NCBI RefSeq assembly: GCF_006345805.1
Contig: NW_021833474.1
Coordinates: 1 to 28,702, forward strand
DNA length: 28,702 nt
Origin: Octopus sinensis
Taxonomy: Eukaryota
Direction: 5' to 3'
Below the pieces are notes generated by a model. The model saw nothing but the letters and a program-made list of their open reading frames with translations, did not search any database and was not told the origin of the DNA. The translations under genes and the position numbers were made by a program. Below are positions 1 through 16,208 of the stretch, piece after piece; the first letter of the stretch is position 1, and each line of letters begins with the position of its first letter.

Positions 1-345
1 GTGGTTTGCGTGGTAAGGGTAAGTAGCTTGCTTCCCAACCACATAGTTCCGGGTTCAGTCTCACTGCGTGCCACCTTGGGCAAGTGTCTTCTACTACAGC
101 GTTGGACCTACCAAAGCTCTGTGAGTGGATTTGGTAGACGGAAACTGAAAGAAACCCGTCGTATATATATATGTACGTATGTATGTATATGTATGTATTT
201 GTTATTTGTGTCCGTGTTTGTCCTCTCACCATCGCTTGACAACCGACGCTGGTGTGTTTACGTCCCTGTCACTTAGCGGTTCGGCAAAAGTGACCGACAG
301 AGTAAGTACTAGGCTTACAAAGAATAAGTCCTGGAGTCGGTGGCC
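1..345 (+). mobile_element. tRNA-derived SINE type A (CORE-like central segment, internal TA/TATG microsatellite), 3' end degenerate
   Basis: A-box-like start (GTGGTTTGCGTGGTAAG) and B-box-like GGGTTCAGTC at ~51-60; ACCTTGGGCAAGTGTCTT resembles the CORE-SINE segment; GACGG...CCGTC hairpin at 137-160; TA/TATG run at 161-200. Family assignment is by recollection and needs alignment. Confidence 0.7.
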
Positions 346-1952
346 CACCATGGCCGTTATTAAATGAAGAATTAAGCACCACCACCTTCGCTATTCTCAT
401 AAGACTCTTAATATATTTAAAAAGAACCCTCACAACGCCTCATCCATGGAAATGAAAGATGTAGTTTTCCATTTGATTCTAGAAAAATGTGCAGATCGCC
501 TTAGAATGAGCTCTTGATGTAACTTTTAATGATCACAACTATAGAAAGCGAATAATAAATAGTCAGCGGTCGTAGTCCCGAGGAGGTCAACCTCAAGATG
601 AAAAGTATCATCAGACTGTGACAATATATAAGAGATATCTCCACCATCCATGGCATTTAAAATAAGGTACGTGAAGGTTACCCAATTCGATATTGAATAA
701 TTTTATACTTCAACATCTAAGTTTATCTTTCTGAAAGCCCTGGACTTCAAGGCAGAATTTGCCGTAATTACTGATCACGACATCAGAATCATATGGAGCG
801 TAAAGAAAAACTACAAAATGATCACTATAAAATTTGGTTAATTCCAGTTTCTTGGAGTATCTTTTTTCATATTTCCTTTTTGAGTTTCTTCTCACATTTG
901 CTGAATATCTCCAAGACATCCCATCTCTTCCTTACTATTTTTCCTCTCTATTATAGTAAATGTTGGAGAGCTGTGCTGTAAAGTAATATGGGTCGCGTCT
1001 CCGAGAAAAGTCAGTGCAACCAAACGGACTCATGTCATTTCCTGTGCACCTCGTTCTGAAGCCAGAGATGTCTGAGAAGATTTAATGTCTTTCCCTCAAA
1101 ACAGGACCGACCAGAAACTTTGAATTGTGCCCTTCACTTCTGAGTTTAGCGATATCGCTGCCGCCGCTGATGCTGCTTTTGATGCTGTTTGCACCTCACT
1201 TTTGTTGGTTCTTTCTTTTGGAAGTAAAAATAGCCTTCAAGTAGCCTTTACTACAAAATGTGTAGCAACTGAGCCTTCTGCTCTGCAGTAGTAGTTTCAT
1301 TGGAATCCTATCCACCCCATCAAAAAGGCACAGCCCCTAGAATAGTGTTTTAGCTTTGAAGCTTAGTATGTTTATGAAAACTCTCACCATAATATAGTTT
1401 CAGGGCACCTCCACGCCGTCGTGCTGTGCAAATGTTATAACAAACCAAGGGTCGACGTCATCGTCAGTGTCTATTTCTGCGGGGTCTATGCATCATTGCA
1501 AATCACTGTTAGATATGTACCTTCAGGAGATATGAAAGCTCCCGCCTTTACTTGAGAAACAAAGACCTTTTTTCCTAATGAATTTTTCGGGCAAGAAAGC
1601 ACTGTTTTCTGTTACCTACTTCCTCCAAATATTCTTTTTTCTTCGCTGAATCATATCGAGTCACTCCTCTTTCGCTACAAAGTTTGGAAATGGAATGTTG
1701 CTGATGTTTGTGGTAGTGGTAGCGGTGCCACCATTGTACTTCACATTGCATTATTATTATTTTAAATTGGTTTTTCCAATACTTAATATTTAAACTTGGA
1801 TCTTCTGTTTGACTTTTTTCGCTTGAAAATATATTGGGGTCTACTTGTTTACACCACTGCCACCAACACTACTATTCTCCCGAGTAGCTTCTACTACAAC
1901 CTTTGAAGCGACCAACTCGCAATGCGGAAAAATACTGCAAATGGCTACATGT

Positions 1953-2434
1953 CAAAAATGGATAAACAGCTTAAAATATCGAAAGGACAAATCATTTTCT
2001 CCCCCAGTCATTTAGCTCGACCAACGCCAAAATGAACCAAACGTCCTTCCGCTAAATCCTTTTTGTGGATTAGGGCTTAGAGAATTAGTCAAATCTTTTG
2101 AAAATTATATTATTCATAATGCTCTCTTTGACGTCTATTTGCATCAAAATGTAATCATGATATCAATATAAATAATAACAACAATAATAGTTGCCCTGAT
2201 GTAGAACCAGTTTATTCAAAAATGGATAAACAGTTTAAAATATCCAAAAGACAAACCATTTTCTCACCCCAAAACAAATCTAAAACCTTTCGCTAAAATC
2301 CTTTTTGTGGATTTTGGCGTGGGAAATAAATGAATTCTTTTTAATCATTTTATTCGTGATGCTCTCTCAGACGTCAGTTTGCATCAAAATGTAATAGCGA
2401 TAATAATGATAATATCAATGATAGTATTAGCTCT

Positions 2435-2438
<4 letters not shown>
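1953..2438. repeat. Diverged tandem duplication, two units, period 264 bp
   Basis: CAAAAATGGATAAACAG starts at 1953 and 2217; shared downstream blocks AATCCTTTTTGTGGATT and ATGCTCTCT..GACGTC..TTTGCATCAAAATGTAAT. Confidence 0.85.
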
Positions 2439-2518
<80 letters not shown>

Positions 2519-2556
2519 TAGTTATTATTATTATTATTATTATTTTTTTTTTTTTA
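2435..2556. repeat. (GTA)28 microsatellite followed by (TTA)n and poly-T
   Basis: Direct reading: GTA units at 2435-2518. Confidence 0.95.
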
Positions 2557-3143
2557 AATTCAGTTTCTTTTATTTGTTAGTATTTTTGCTTGCTGCTTCT
2601 CTTTTTGTTTCATTTCATTTTAGTTGACATATTTTTATGTTACTATTTTTATATATCTTTCGTTGTTTTATAAAACCACAAGTTGTTCTTTTTCGTCATT
2701 TTTGCTGTTGTTTACTTTTTTCTCTTTTTTCCGCTTTCTCGTCCCAATGACCAGAAATTTCATCAGCATGATAAACGATACTGTGAGGCTTCTCTGAATC
2801 ATATAAAGACACAAAACTCTTGGTAGGAATTTTTCAAACGAATCATCACTGAGAAATTGCCAGTGTCTGTCGATACTTCCCATCAATATGGCTTCATTCG
2901 ACCATCTTCTTGATAAAGACACTTCACTGAATACTTGAACAAAATAAGCCAAAGGAAAAAAAAGATGACTTATTTATATTCTCCTCCTTTCCTTCGTTCT
3001 TTTGCCCCTGTTGTTGTTGATTCACAGTTTCCTTTTTCATTTCTTTCCTGTTCTATTTTTCTCCTATTAAATAAATTTAACCACTGGTGAAGCTTTCTAC
3101 ATTTGTCGACAATATATGACAACTACACAAGCGCAAAAGTATC

Positions 3144-3168
3144 TGTGTGTGTGTGAGTGCGTGTGTGT

Positions 3169-3199
<31 letters not shown>

Positions 3200-3676
3200 C
3201 GTGCGTGTGTGTGGATAGAGACAGGGGGAGAGGAATAACGAGATAGAACTTGAAGAACTTACGTGTACATGTGTATATACGTATGTGAGTGCGTGTGTGT
3301 ATATACACACACATACATATATATATTCTTACAAACATGCATATATATATATGTTCTTACAAACAGATATATACATATATATCTACCTATATACATGATC
3401 AATATATTTATATATACATAGTATATATGCCTTACATACAATTAAAATACGTTACATATATATATATATATATGCGTGTATTAATGTACACATATTATAG
3501 ATATTCATACATTTATGTATAAATACGTTACATATATGAATACATAACATCCATATATAGATATACACATATATATATATTCATATATATGTATATATAC
3601 ATATATGTATGTATATATACATATATGTATGTATATATTCATATATAGTATATATATATATATATAATATATATAT

Positions 3677-3722
<46 letters not shown>

Positions 3723-3770
3723 ATATATGTATGCATGAGTTTTAAATAGATAGCTATATATACATACAAA
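3144..3770. repeat. Compound (TG)n / (TA)n / (TATG)n microsatellite region
   Basis: Direct reading; explains the spurious HT/YI-rich ORFs. Confidence 0.95.
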
Positions 3771-4169
3771 CACGTACATAAATAAATGCATGAAATTATT
3801 TGTTTTCTCTTTTTCTTCTGCTTCTATTTTTTTCTTTGTCTTCTTAAAAATTTATTTCAGCCAAAAGCTAAGTTCTGATGAAAAGTTTCTCTATCGAATG
3901 TTTTCCAAAAACTGAAGCGATTGTTTATTCTATTCTTCTATTTACCATTTTATTTGTCTCTATTTTTTTTACCCCACCACACATTTATCTTCCTAGGTAT
4001 TTTTCTTCGTTGTTTTTTGTTTTATCTTACAACTCATTTTTTTAATATTTTTGTTTCTTTATTTACTTGCTTCACTTCTTGCGGTAATGCTATCGGCAGA
4101 TATCGAAAGATATCTTTCTTCGTACATTTTTGTATTTAGTTTATTCTTAATTTTTCCCCATTTTTCTTT

Positions 4170-4184
4170 GTGTGTATGTGTGTG

Positions 4185-4242
<58 letters not shown>

Positions 4243-4253
4243 TGTGTGTGTGT
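4170..4253. repeat. (TG)n microsatellite
   Basis: Direct reading. Confidence 0.95.
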
Positions 4254-4944
4254 TATTGATTGCGGAAACACACTTAACTTGTAATTCTTTATTTTTCATT
4301 TTCCATGTGATGCTGATATATATATTTAGAACATGTGTGAGATTACCAAATATTCTGCATCCTTACTCTCTATTTTTGATAATCTTTTAGCTTCCAAACC
4401 TTTATGAGTACTTCTGCAGAAACAATATTTTAAAAAGATTGTGATGTCTTTGAATATATCCATAATAAATATACAATTATACTTATTCGGATCTTTTCTG
4501 TTTGGCTTTCACTTTTCAGTTTCTTCAATTTTATTCCAATTCATTTCAAATTTGATGTATTGATGTAGTTTTGTATGTTAATAATGGAAAGGACATTCCT
4601 TTCTGCCTTAAATAAATAAATAAATAAATTGCTTCTAAAGTTTGAAAATTTTGATTAATTTTAGACAATTGAAAGCCAGACGTATTGGAGATTGTTTCCA
4701 TCGTAACAAGCCAAGTTGTGTATTCTGCTTACCTGTTTGTTTGTATAACCTTTCGTATATGATGAAGAAATTGAAGAGCGAGGAAGGTGCGGCTGATCAG
4801 GCAGACCTATGATCGAAAGGAGCATGCCAATGCTCCACGGTTTTAGTATTACCTAGGATTAACCATATTCTAGTGTATCCTTTCTCAATTTATGACATTA
4901 TGTTCTTTCGGAGGAGATTTAGCTACATTTTCCAGCAGTTTGAT

Positions 4945-4963
4945 TGTGCCTTTAGTAGAAAGG

Positions 4964-5046
<83 letters not shown>

Positions 5047-5070
5047 CATCATCATTATTATTATTATTAT
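4945..5070 (+). repeat. Retroposon-like 3' terminus TGTGCCTTTAGTAGAAAGG followed by an (ATT)n tail
   Basis: Near-identical terminus to the SINE-B copies at ~5234-5254 and ~11950-11969, but without the SINE-B head upstream. Confidence 0.65.
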
Positions 5071-5073
5071 TCT

Positions 5074-5269
5074 GTGAGATGGCAGAATCGTTTACACGCT
5101 GGGCAGTATTTCGTCTGTCTTTAACTTCTGTGTTCAAAATCCATCGAGTACAACTTTGCCGTCGATAAGTTAAGTACCGGTTGAATACTGGGTTCGATGT
5201 AATTGATTATCTCCTCCTCTTAAAAGTCATGCCTTGTGCTTATGGTAGAAAGGATTATTATTATTATTA
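5074..5269 (+). mobile_element. tRNA-derived SINE type B (Meta-like central domain, (ATT)n tail), internally shortened
   Basis: A-box TGGCAGAATCG, B-box GTTCAAAATCC, central GTCGATAAGTTAAGTACC..CTGGGTTCGATG, 3' CCTTGTGC..TAGAAAGG(ATT)n; aligns with 11786-11969. Confidence 0.8.
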
Positions 5270-5440
5270 ATTAAAATCCGCACAACAGATTAGATTATTG
5301 GAAAAGAGAAATTCCTAACATCGAGCTACAACAAGTCACTTTAGATGCCAAGAATCTTCCTAAGTATCCAGACTTTATCTGAAAACACGGTTTTCTTGAG
5401 CTGCACTAAATTAGATCTCGTGCCTGTTTCTTTTGTCAAT
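5270..5440 (-). mobile_element. R4/Dong-type LINE 3'-terminal fragment (old)
   Basis: Minus strand reads QLKKTVFSDKVWILRKILGI*, then a 3' UTR (AGTGACTTGTTGTAGCTCGATG...) similar to the plus-strand copy at 5708-5790, ending in (AAT)n. Confidence 0.7.
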
Positions 5441-5469
5441 CTGTTTAAAGTGCTATAAAATAAGAAATA

Positions 5470-5790
5470 TGTTGTAGGACTCTAAACATTCAGACTGACA
5501 AACTAATCCAAGCTAGAAGACTTCATTTAGTAGTAGCGGACAAAGAGGATAAAAAGTACCAGGTAATTGACTTTACTGTCCCAAATGATGAAAAAGTCAA
5601 TAGGAGAGGCATAGTTATCGTTGCATTAGGAACTATTTCAAAAGATTCGAATAAGTGGACAAAGGAAGTTCTAGAAAACAGTGTTATTAAGGAAGGTTCT
5701 GGACATCTAAGATTACTTGTTGTAGTCTGATGTTGTGAATTTTATTTTTTTCCAGCAGTTTAATCTCTTATGCTTAGATGTAATAATAAT
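5470..5790 (+). mobile_element. R4/Dong-type LINE 3' fragment with REL endonuclease remnant (old)
   Basis: Reads IQTDKLIQARRLHLVVADKEDKKYQVIDFTVPNDEKVN ... IVIVALGTISKD ... LRKVLDI* (stop 5708-5710), then 3' UTR and (AAT)n. Confidence 0.8.
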
Positions 5791-5792
5791 GA

Positions 5793-5824
<32 letters not shown>

Positions 5825-5940
5825 ATGATGATGATGATGAGGATGATGATGATGGTGATGATGGTGATGAAGAGGAGGAGGAGGAGGGGGAGGGGAGGGG
5901 CAGGAGGGGGATGATGATGAGGATAATGATTATGATTGAT
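5781..5940. repeat. Compound trinucleotide microsatellite (AAT)(GAT)(GGT)(GAG)
   Basis: Direct reading. Confidence 0.9.
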
Positions 5941-6339
5941 GCCACTTTTCTCATCGTTCTTTGCAAACTCAAAAGCAGATCTGGATTTTCTCAATCTGCT
6001 TCTTAAATATATTAATACAATCACAGATAGTATGATGGCAAGACTTAATCTCTTTGAATAATCTCGTCCGGATTATTTGCAATTCCCAACGATTCATTTG
6101 TACACTTTAGTTCTATTTTCAATGATCTTATTGCTTTTTCTATTAAAAAAAGTTGTTAGTCTTTCAATAGACTCCATTGATCATCAGACACTCTGGAAAT
6201 CAATAGTATGATATATTACCGAATCTTAAAACACTCGAAAAATAAGAATCTTTATTTTCTTGTTCAATCAGTAAGGATATTTATCAGAGGTCTTGGTATG
6301 TAGTTTGGTGAGTGTACAATTTTATTTATCAAGAGAAGT

Positions 6340-7190
6340 CGAAAGTTTAAATCTAATGGAATAAAGACGGGATAATACCAAAAGAGAACATGGGATACAA
6401 GTACCAAGTGTGCTGTGGAACGATAATATAAACGAAATTATCAAATTTCCAAAAGAAAGAGGAGAATGGTTAAGACAGGTTGAAAACAAAATTAAATGGA
6501 AATTCAATTACTAAGGTAGTCAATATTTGAAACATACCAGCATTGAGCTTCTCTGCTCCTTTTATTAAAGTGCATAAATAATGGACTACATGAATTGAGG
6601 AGAAGAATTAGGCATCTAAATGCTATATTGGCATACTCAATTTACCAAGAAGGGAAATCGGCAAGACTGTTGCAAAATTTTGTTGTGCGCAGAGAAATAA
6701 ATTGTTATGTGCAACGAGAAATATGGAATACATTCTGAAATAGTGAAAGACTTCAGAAATAGAAAGAGTTACATGCCAAATTTCTGAAAAAGCAAAAAAA
6801 TTCATGCAACAAATCGGATATGGCTGTGACAAATAGACGGAAACTTGAAACAAGAAACTGAATTGGCAATTATAAATACTCAGGAAGGAAACTTTAAAAT
6901 GAATTTGATAAAAACAAGGATTGATAAAACGGTGGACGAAAATATAAACCATCTCTTAAGTGAGTGTCGTAAGCTAGCACAAGAGGAGTATAAATACAAG
7001 CATGACTTTGTCGGTAAAAAATGGGATGATAGACAAATTAGCTGATGCAAAGTTACTGGAAATTGGTATGAACACAAGCCGGAGGTTGTGATAAGGTATA
7101 ATAATTATTAGATTTCATGGGACTTCTCCATAAAGACTGGTTATATAATCGGGCAAGAAGACCAAATATGATCGTGAAGTCAGAAAGAAC
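6340..7190 (+). mobile_element. Degraded R4/Dong-type LINE fragment (RT thumb, zinc-knuckle remnant, start of REL)
   Basis: GYKY at ~6393; LKTKLNGNSITKVVN at ~6481; ENINHLLSECRKLAQEEYKYKHD in ORF 6845-7045; NWYEHKPEVV and SWDFSIKT..ARRPNMIV at ~7060-7180. Confidence 0.8.
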
Positions 7191-7219
7191 AAATAGCAAT
7201 TTTGAGAGGGAGGGTGTTT

Positions 7220-7365
7220 GTCGATATTACTCTCAGTACTTGAAAGATACTTTATTGTTTCAATCCTGACGTGATGGATGGCTAAGTTGATCCTGCTAGA
7301 ATTTGAACACAGAATGTAAAAACATCACAAAGAATTTTCTCGTTGCTCTAACAATTCCGGCAGCT
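7220..7365 (-). mobile_element. Degenerate SINE type B copy
   Basis: Reverse complement shows B-box GTTCAAATTCT (7298-7308) and a remnant of the central domain; similar to the other two copies. Confidence 0.55.
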
Positions 7366-7482
7366 AATAATAATGATGGTAATGATGATGGTCACTCTCG
7401 TCGATTTCGACATATGAATGTTTGAAGGAGAGGAAAAAGAAAAGAAAGAGAAAGAAAAACAACTTTAAGAGTAAAGCTGCAT

Positions 7483-7895
<413 letters not shown>

Positions 7896-8256
7896 AATCG
7901 GGATTCTTTCCTGCAGTCATTTTGTTAATTTCTTTCAAGATGATCATTCAATTTTTCCTATTATTGCATTTAGAAGTTGTCACATCATAGGTAAAAAGGC
8001 AATCGGACGATAGTTACTGGCCACTCTACCCTTGGATGGATGGATCCTTTACAATCAATATAGTTCTTCCTTTGAGCATCCATTCTGGTATAATTCTCTG
8101 GCGCACACAACCTTACAGGAGTTCTAGTACTTTAGGGTGTAAATTTGCCAGACCTTGAACCAAAAACCCTGAATTAGCTCCGGGCCAGCTGCCTTCTAAT
8201 TTCTCGTCTTACCAACTCTGGCTTGAATATATCTCAACGTGATGACAATATCCTCC
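7896..8256 (-). mobile_element. R4/Dong-type LINE fragment, N-terminal part of RT
   Basis: Minus strand with frameshifts reads N*KAAGPELIQGFWFK..LH ... IPEWMLKGRTILIVKDPS ... ASNYRPIAFLPMM. Confidence 0.8.
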
Positions 8257-8289
8257 TGTACAATATAGATACACAAACAAATAAAGATA

Positions 8290-8291
<2 letters not shown>

Positions 8292-8328
<37 letters not shown>
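8292..8328. repeat. (TG)n microsatellite
   Basis: Direct reading. Confidence 0.95.
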
Positions 8329-8330
<2 letters not shown>

Positions 8331-9295
8331 TTCTGGATGTTTGTACGTATGTGTGTGACTATCCTAGCCTAATTGATGACCCCCCCCCAAACACACAAGA
8401 AAATATATGAAAGCAATTTCATATATGAAATATAGATGAAAGCAATACATCTGTCTTCTCCAAAATTTTTCTCGTACTTCATCATAAGTAACGGGTTAAA
8501 AATATTCTTAACAGAGCATCTCAATTCATTGTGAAGAAATATTAAAATTCCTCTTATGATTTGGCATTGAACCAGTCTACCAAATGGGCTACAACTTGTC
8601 TGTATATTTGTACAAGTAAGCAAACGCTTCAAATATATTTCAAAGCAATATTCATGAAGAACTTGTCTCTGGCAAGACCTTATTTTTTTCTTTCAATCAA
8701 TGTAAAGTGTTTTCTAAGTTACAAAAGGAATCAATAAATGCCTAAGGCAAACAAGGAGGTCCTAACATTTGAGTAACCCAAGATATCTATTCATCTATAA
8801 TAGGTATATGCTCTGAGAAGGTAGTTTCAGTACTCCTATAAACAGTACGAGAGCAGAATGCTCTCACGTGCTGGGCTGCTGCAGAAATCCTCGTTAACAA
8901 TAGTGCAAACCCCATTGTTTCTCAAGACAAAGGATGCGAAAGAAATTACATATATGGGAGAATAAATATAACTTCTTAAAATAGCTTCTTAGAATTTTCG
9001 GGCAAAATGTAAAAATAGTAAAGTATCGCTGAAGAATTCACAAGATGTGACGAAAGAGCTTTGATTAAAAATAACAAAACAGATAAATGTCTAACGCCCC
9101 ATTTCCCTGTGTAACATGATTTTGTCCTAGGGTAGCTATTGTTATTTTCTTTTTGCTTACCCCTAGAGAGTAAGAAAAATGGCTAATATTATTCAGTTTT
9201 ATTTCAAGCTTTCTTGCCAATAGAGAAAGAGTAGGTTTCTAACCTAGATCCAAGGCTCCTTCATTGGAATTTCATCATCAACAACAGGGTATTTT

Positions 9296-9470
9296 TGTAT
9301 GTATGTATGTATGCATGTATGTATGTATGTGTGTATGTATGTATGTATGTATGTGTGTATGTATGTATGTATGTATGTATGTATGTATGTATGTGTGCAT
9401 GTATATGTGCATGCATGTATACATGTATGTGTGTATGTGTGTGTGTGTTTGTGTGTGTTTGTATGTAAGT
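9296..9470. repeat. (TATG)n/(TG)n microsatellite
   Basis: Direct reading. Confidence 0.95.
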
Positions 9471-9569
9471 GTTTAGGATTTTTCTTTGAGTTTATATAAG
9501 ATCTCCTTGAGAGAGTTCAAACCGATCACTAACAAAATTTGGATTTTGAGCTAATTTGTTGATACATAA

Positions 9570-9990
9570 CCTAATGCATAGTCAGGGTACAAGAGTTGTA
9601 AGTTCCGCATAAATGTTCTCTTTTTCCTACACATTTGATAGTACATTCACATCCACTGGACAGCTGACATCTACAACAATACATGACTTTTGTTCCTTGT
9701 CCCTCAGAGCAATATCAGGTTTGTTATGTTCGCACAAAATTTGTTTTAATTAGAGTGTTCCACCGGTATTCTTTGTGCTTAAAAGTGCGAATGCCTACGA
9801 ACATACCTTTGATGTATACGTCAGGGCAGTCCTTCCTGCGGTTAACATTGCATTATAAATAGCCTTTGCAATTATATCAAGCATAGGGGGTGGTAGAATC
9901 TCATAGACATCTTGGGACAGCTGCTGATGATGTGGGTGATATCTGCCACACAGGTTGATGTTTGGAGGCATGCAAGCATATCATTTTTTG
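9570..9990 (-). mobile_element. R4/Dong-type LINE fragment (zinc-knuckle end and REL endonuclease), distinct lineage
   Basis: DITHIISSCPKMS at ~9905-9945; HNKPDIALRDKEQKSCIVVDVSCPVDVNV at ~9640-9730. Confidence 0.8.
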
Positions 9991-11293
9991 GCATCTGAAA
10001 CTTACCAATGCCTTTTCTCGATATTCATCGTATCCGACCTTTGGAAAACTGATCAACGGATTTACAGTGTGATTGTTTTATAAATTGTTACGGAAATTTA
10101 TTTATAGATGCAATTATTCATTATTGAACTAATATTATAAACGTAGCTTTTAGCAAATGATAAATGTAACGTGTACATATATGATAATTATTGAAATGCA
10201 TCCAAAATTAAAGATTGAAAGTATAAATCAAAGCATTATTTAAATTACACACATAAATATAAAGAATTGATTAAAATATGTTTTGCTTTTGAAATATATT
10301 TCATTTTTAACTGATAAAAAGGAATACTCTCATGTAGCTATAGAATATTCAAATAGAAAGATAAGTGGGGTTTCGCATCAAAACACCCGTATAAGTTAGA
10401 TTTTCTTCGTCTTAACGGGAATTTTTTCTAATTTTATTTTCACCAAGCCTTGGAAATGATGAGGTGCATCATTTACGATAAACAATCCTCCACTTCTGGG
10501 CGGATTTTGGCCAAATTTGTTTGGCATTCCGCACTTAAAAACAATAGGTGAAGCCATTTCGGTATTAAAAAAATGTAAATGTGAAAGAAACAACAAATCT
10601 ACTTTAAATCGTGCACAGTGTTTTATCTGAAATATCCTTCGTCAATAGGGTCGGTTTTAAGACAATTTGGCACATTTGATCAAATTTGGCCTCGCGCCAA
10701 GAGAGGGCTCAGCTCGGCTTGTAATAAAACATTAAAACTTTAATCAGAACGTTCAATTTTTAGTACATAACTGTGGTTAATGGTGGAGTCTGAAGCTCCC
10801 AACACGTTTTGACTGGGATTGGGACTGATGTACTACATGAAGCATACAACATCAATCTTCAGCTTTTTCTAGAGTTGAGGGCCCTACTGACTATTCTCTA
10901 GTTGGGCCCCGCACTTCCTGTCGCCGGTCTTGACAATGAGTGAGGGATCCCCAGATGTTGTCAGTGTCCTTGTTGGAGAGTGACATTCTGATGTAAAAAT
11001 CTACAATTTCAAGTAAATACTTTGTCATCGCGCTTCGGCCTGTTGTTAGCTGTTTATTACGAAGACTCAGAGAATGTTACTTGTTTATCACTATAATCCA
11101 CTGACGCACAGATATTTCTTAATGGTAACCTCATTTGTCATTCCATCCTCAGAAAGTCCTACGGTGATGGGAGAGTAGCAATATGTGAAGACTAAAGCAG
11201 TTAGAAGCACATTGTAAGTTACAACCTTCGCCTTTTACCTATGCTCCATATCACGTAGATCTGCAACAGGACTGCAACTTCACCTGAGAGGTC

Positions 11294-11382
11294 ATGTATG
11301 TATGTATGTATGTATGTATGTATATGTATGTATGTATGTATATGTATGTATGTATGTATATTTATGTATGTATGTATATATA
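11294..11382. repeat. (TATG)n microsatellite
   Basis: Direct reading. Confidence 0.95.
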
Positions 11383-11625
11383 TAAAGGATCGTGGGTAAG
11401 GCCAGAACAATGTGAATTAAAGGCAAGGCAAATCCCAAGGAAACAAATATATGAATTAATGTAGACTTACCTTACATTCAATATGTCGTCAGTTTCTTAA
11501 AAATGGGGTCATAACCCCGAAATATTGAATGCGAGGTAAGTCTACATTAATTCATATATTTGTGTTCTTGGGATTTGCCTTGCATTTACTTCGCATTGTT
11601 CTGGCCTTACCCATGATCCTTTATA
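11381..11625. mobile_element. Foldback / MITE-like palindromic element
   Basis: 104-bp inverted arms (11381-11484 and 11522-11625) with 8 mismatches counted by eye; 37-bp spacer; TATA at both ends. Confidence 0.8.
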
Positions 11626-11785
11626 ATACTTATTCCATAAATATATATATATAAGTGATTGTCAATGCTTGGGAAATCTTTTTAAAGTTCATAAGCTCAG
11701 TGCCTTCTCAGAAAACCATCAAATATTTATCTCTCTCCAAAATTACTAAATAAGTGCTATTGTTATTGTTATTATTATATGATAA

Positions 11786-11969
11786 AGCGACGAACTGGCA
11801 GAATCGTTAGTACGCTGGACGAAATACTTAGCGGTATTTCGTCCGTCGATATGTTCTGAATTCAAATTCCTTTCGGGGTCGAAAAATTAAATATCAGTTG
11901 AGTACTAGGGTCGATGATATCGACTATCCTCCTCCCCCATTTCAGTCCTTGTGCCTATAATAGAAAGGA
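11786..11969 (+). mobile_element. tRNA-derived SINE type B
   Basis: A-box TGGCAGAATCG, B-box-like ATTCAAATTCC, CCTTTCGGGGTCGAAAAATTAAATATCAG..TAGGGTCGATG, 3' CCTTGTGCCTATAATAGAAAGG(ATT)n. Confidence 0.8.

Positions 11970-16208
<4,239 letters not shown>

Noticed and set aside
2668-2952. 94-aa minus-strand ORF as a host exon or LINE C-terminus
   Set aside because: No recognisable domain, no convincing donor site, and only vague similarity to the Tx1 C-terminus.
6150-6250. SIDSIDHQTLWKS resembling an RTE RT motif (AFDS.DH..LW)
   Set aside because: Too short and flanked by stops to call without a search.
9110-9295. Possible interspersed repeat upstream of the TATG tract
   Set aside because: No second copy or diagnostic motif within the window.
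10396-11200. ORF 10396-10596 and neighbouring sequence as a DNA transposon remnant
   Set aside because: No transposase motif or terminal repeats identified.
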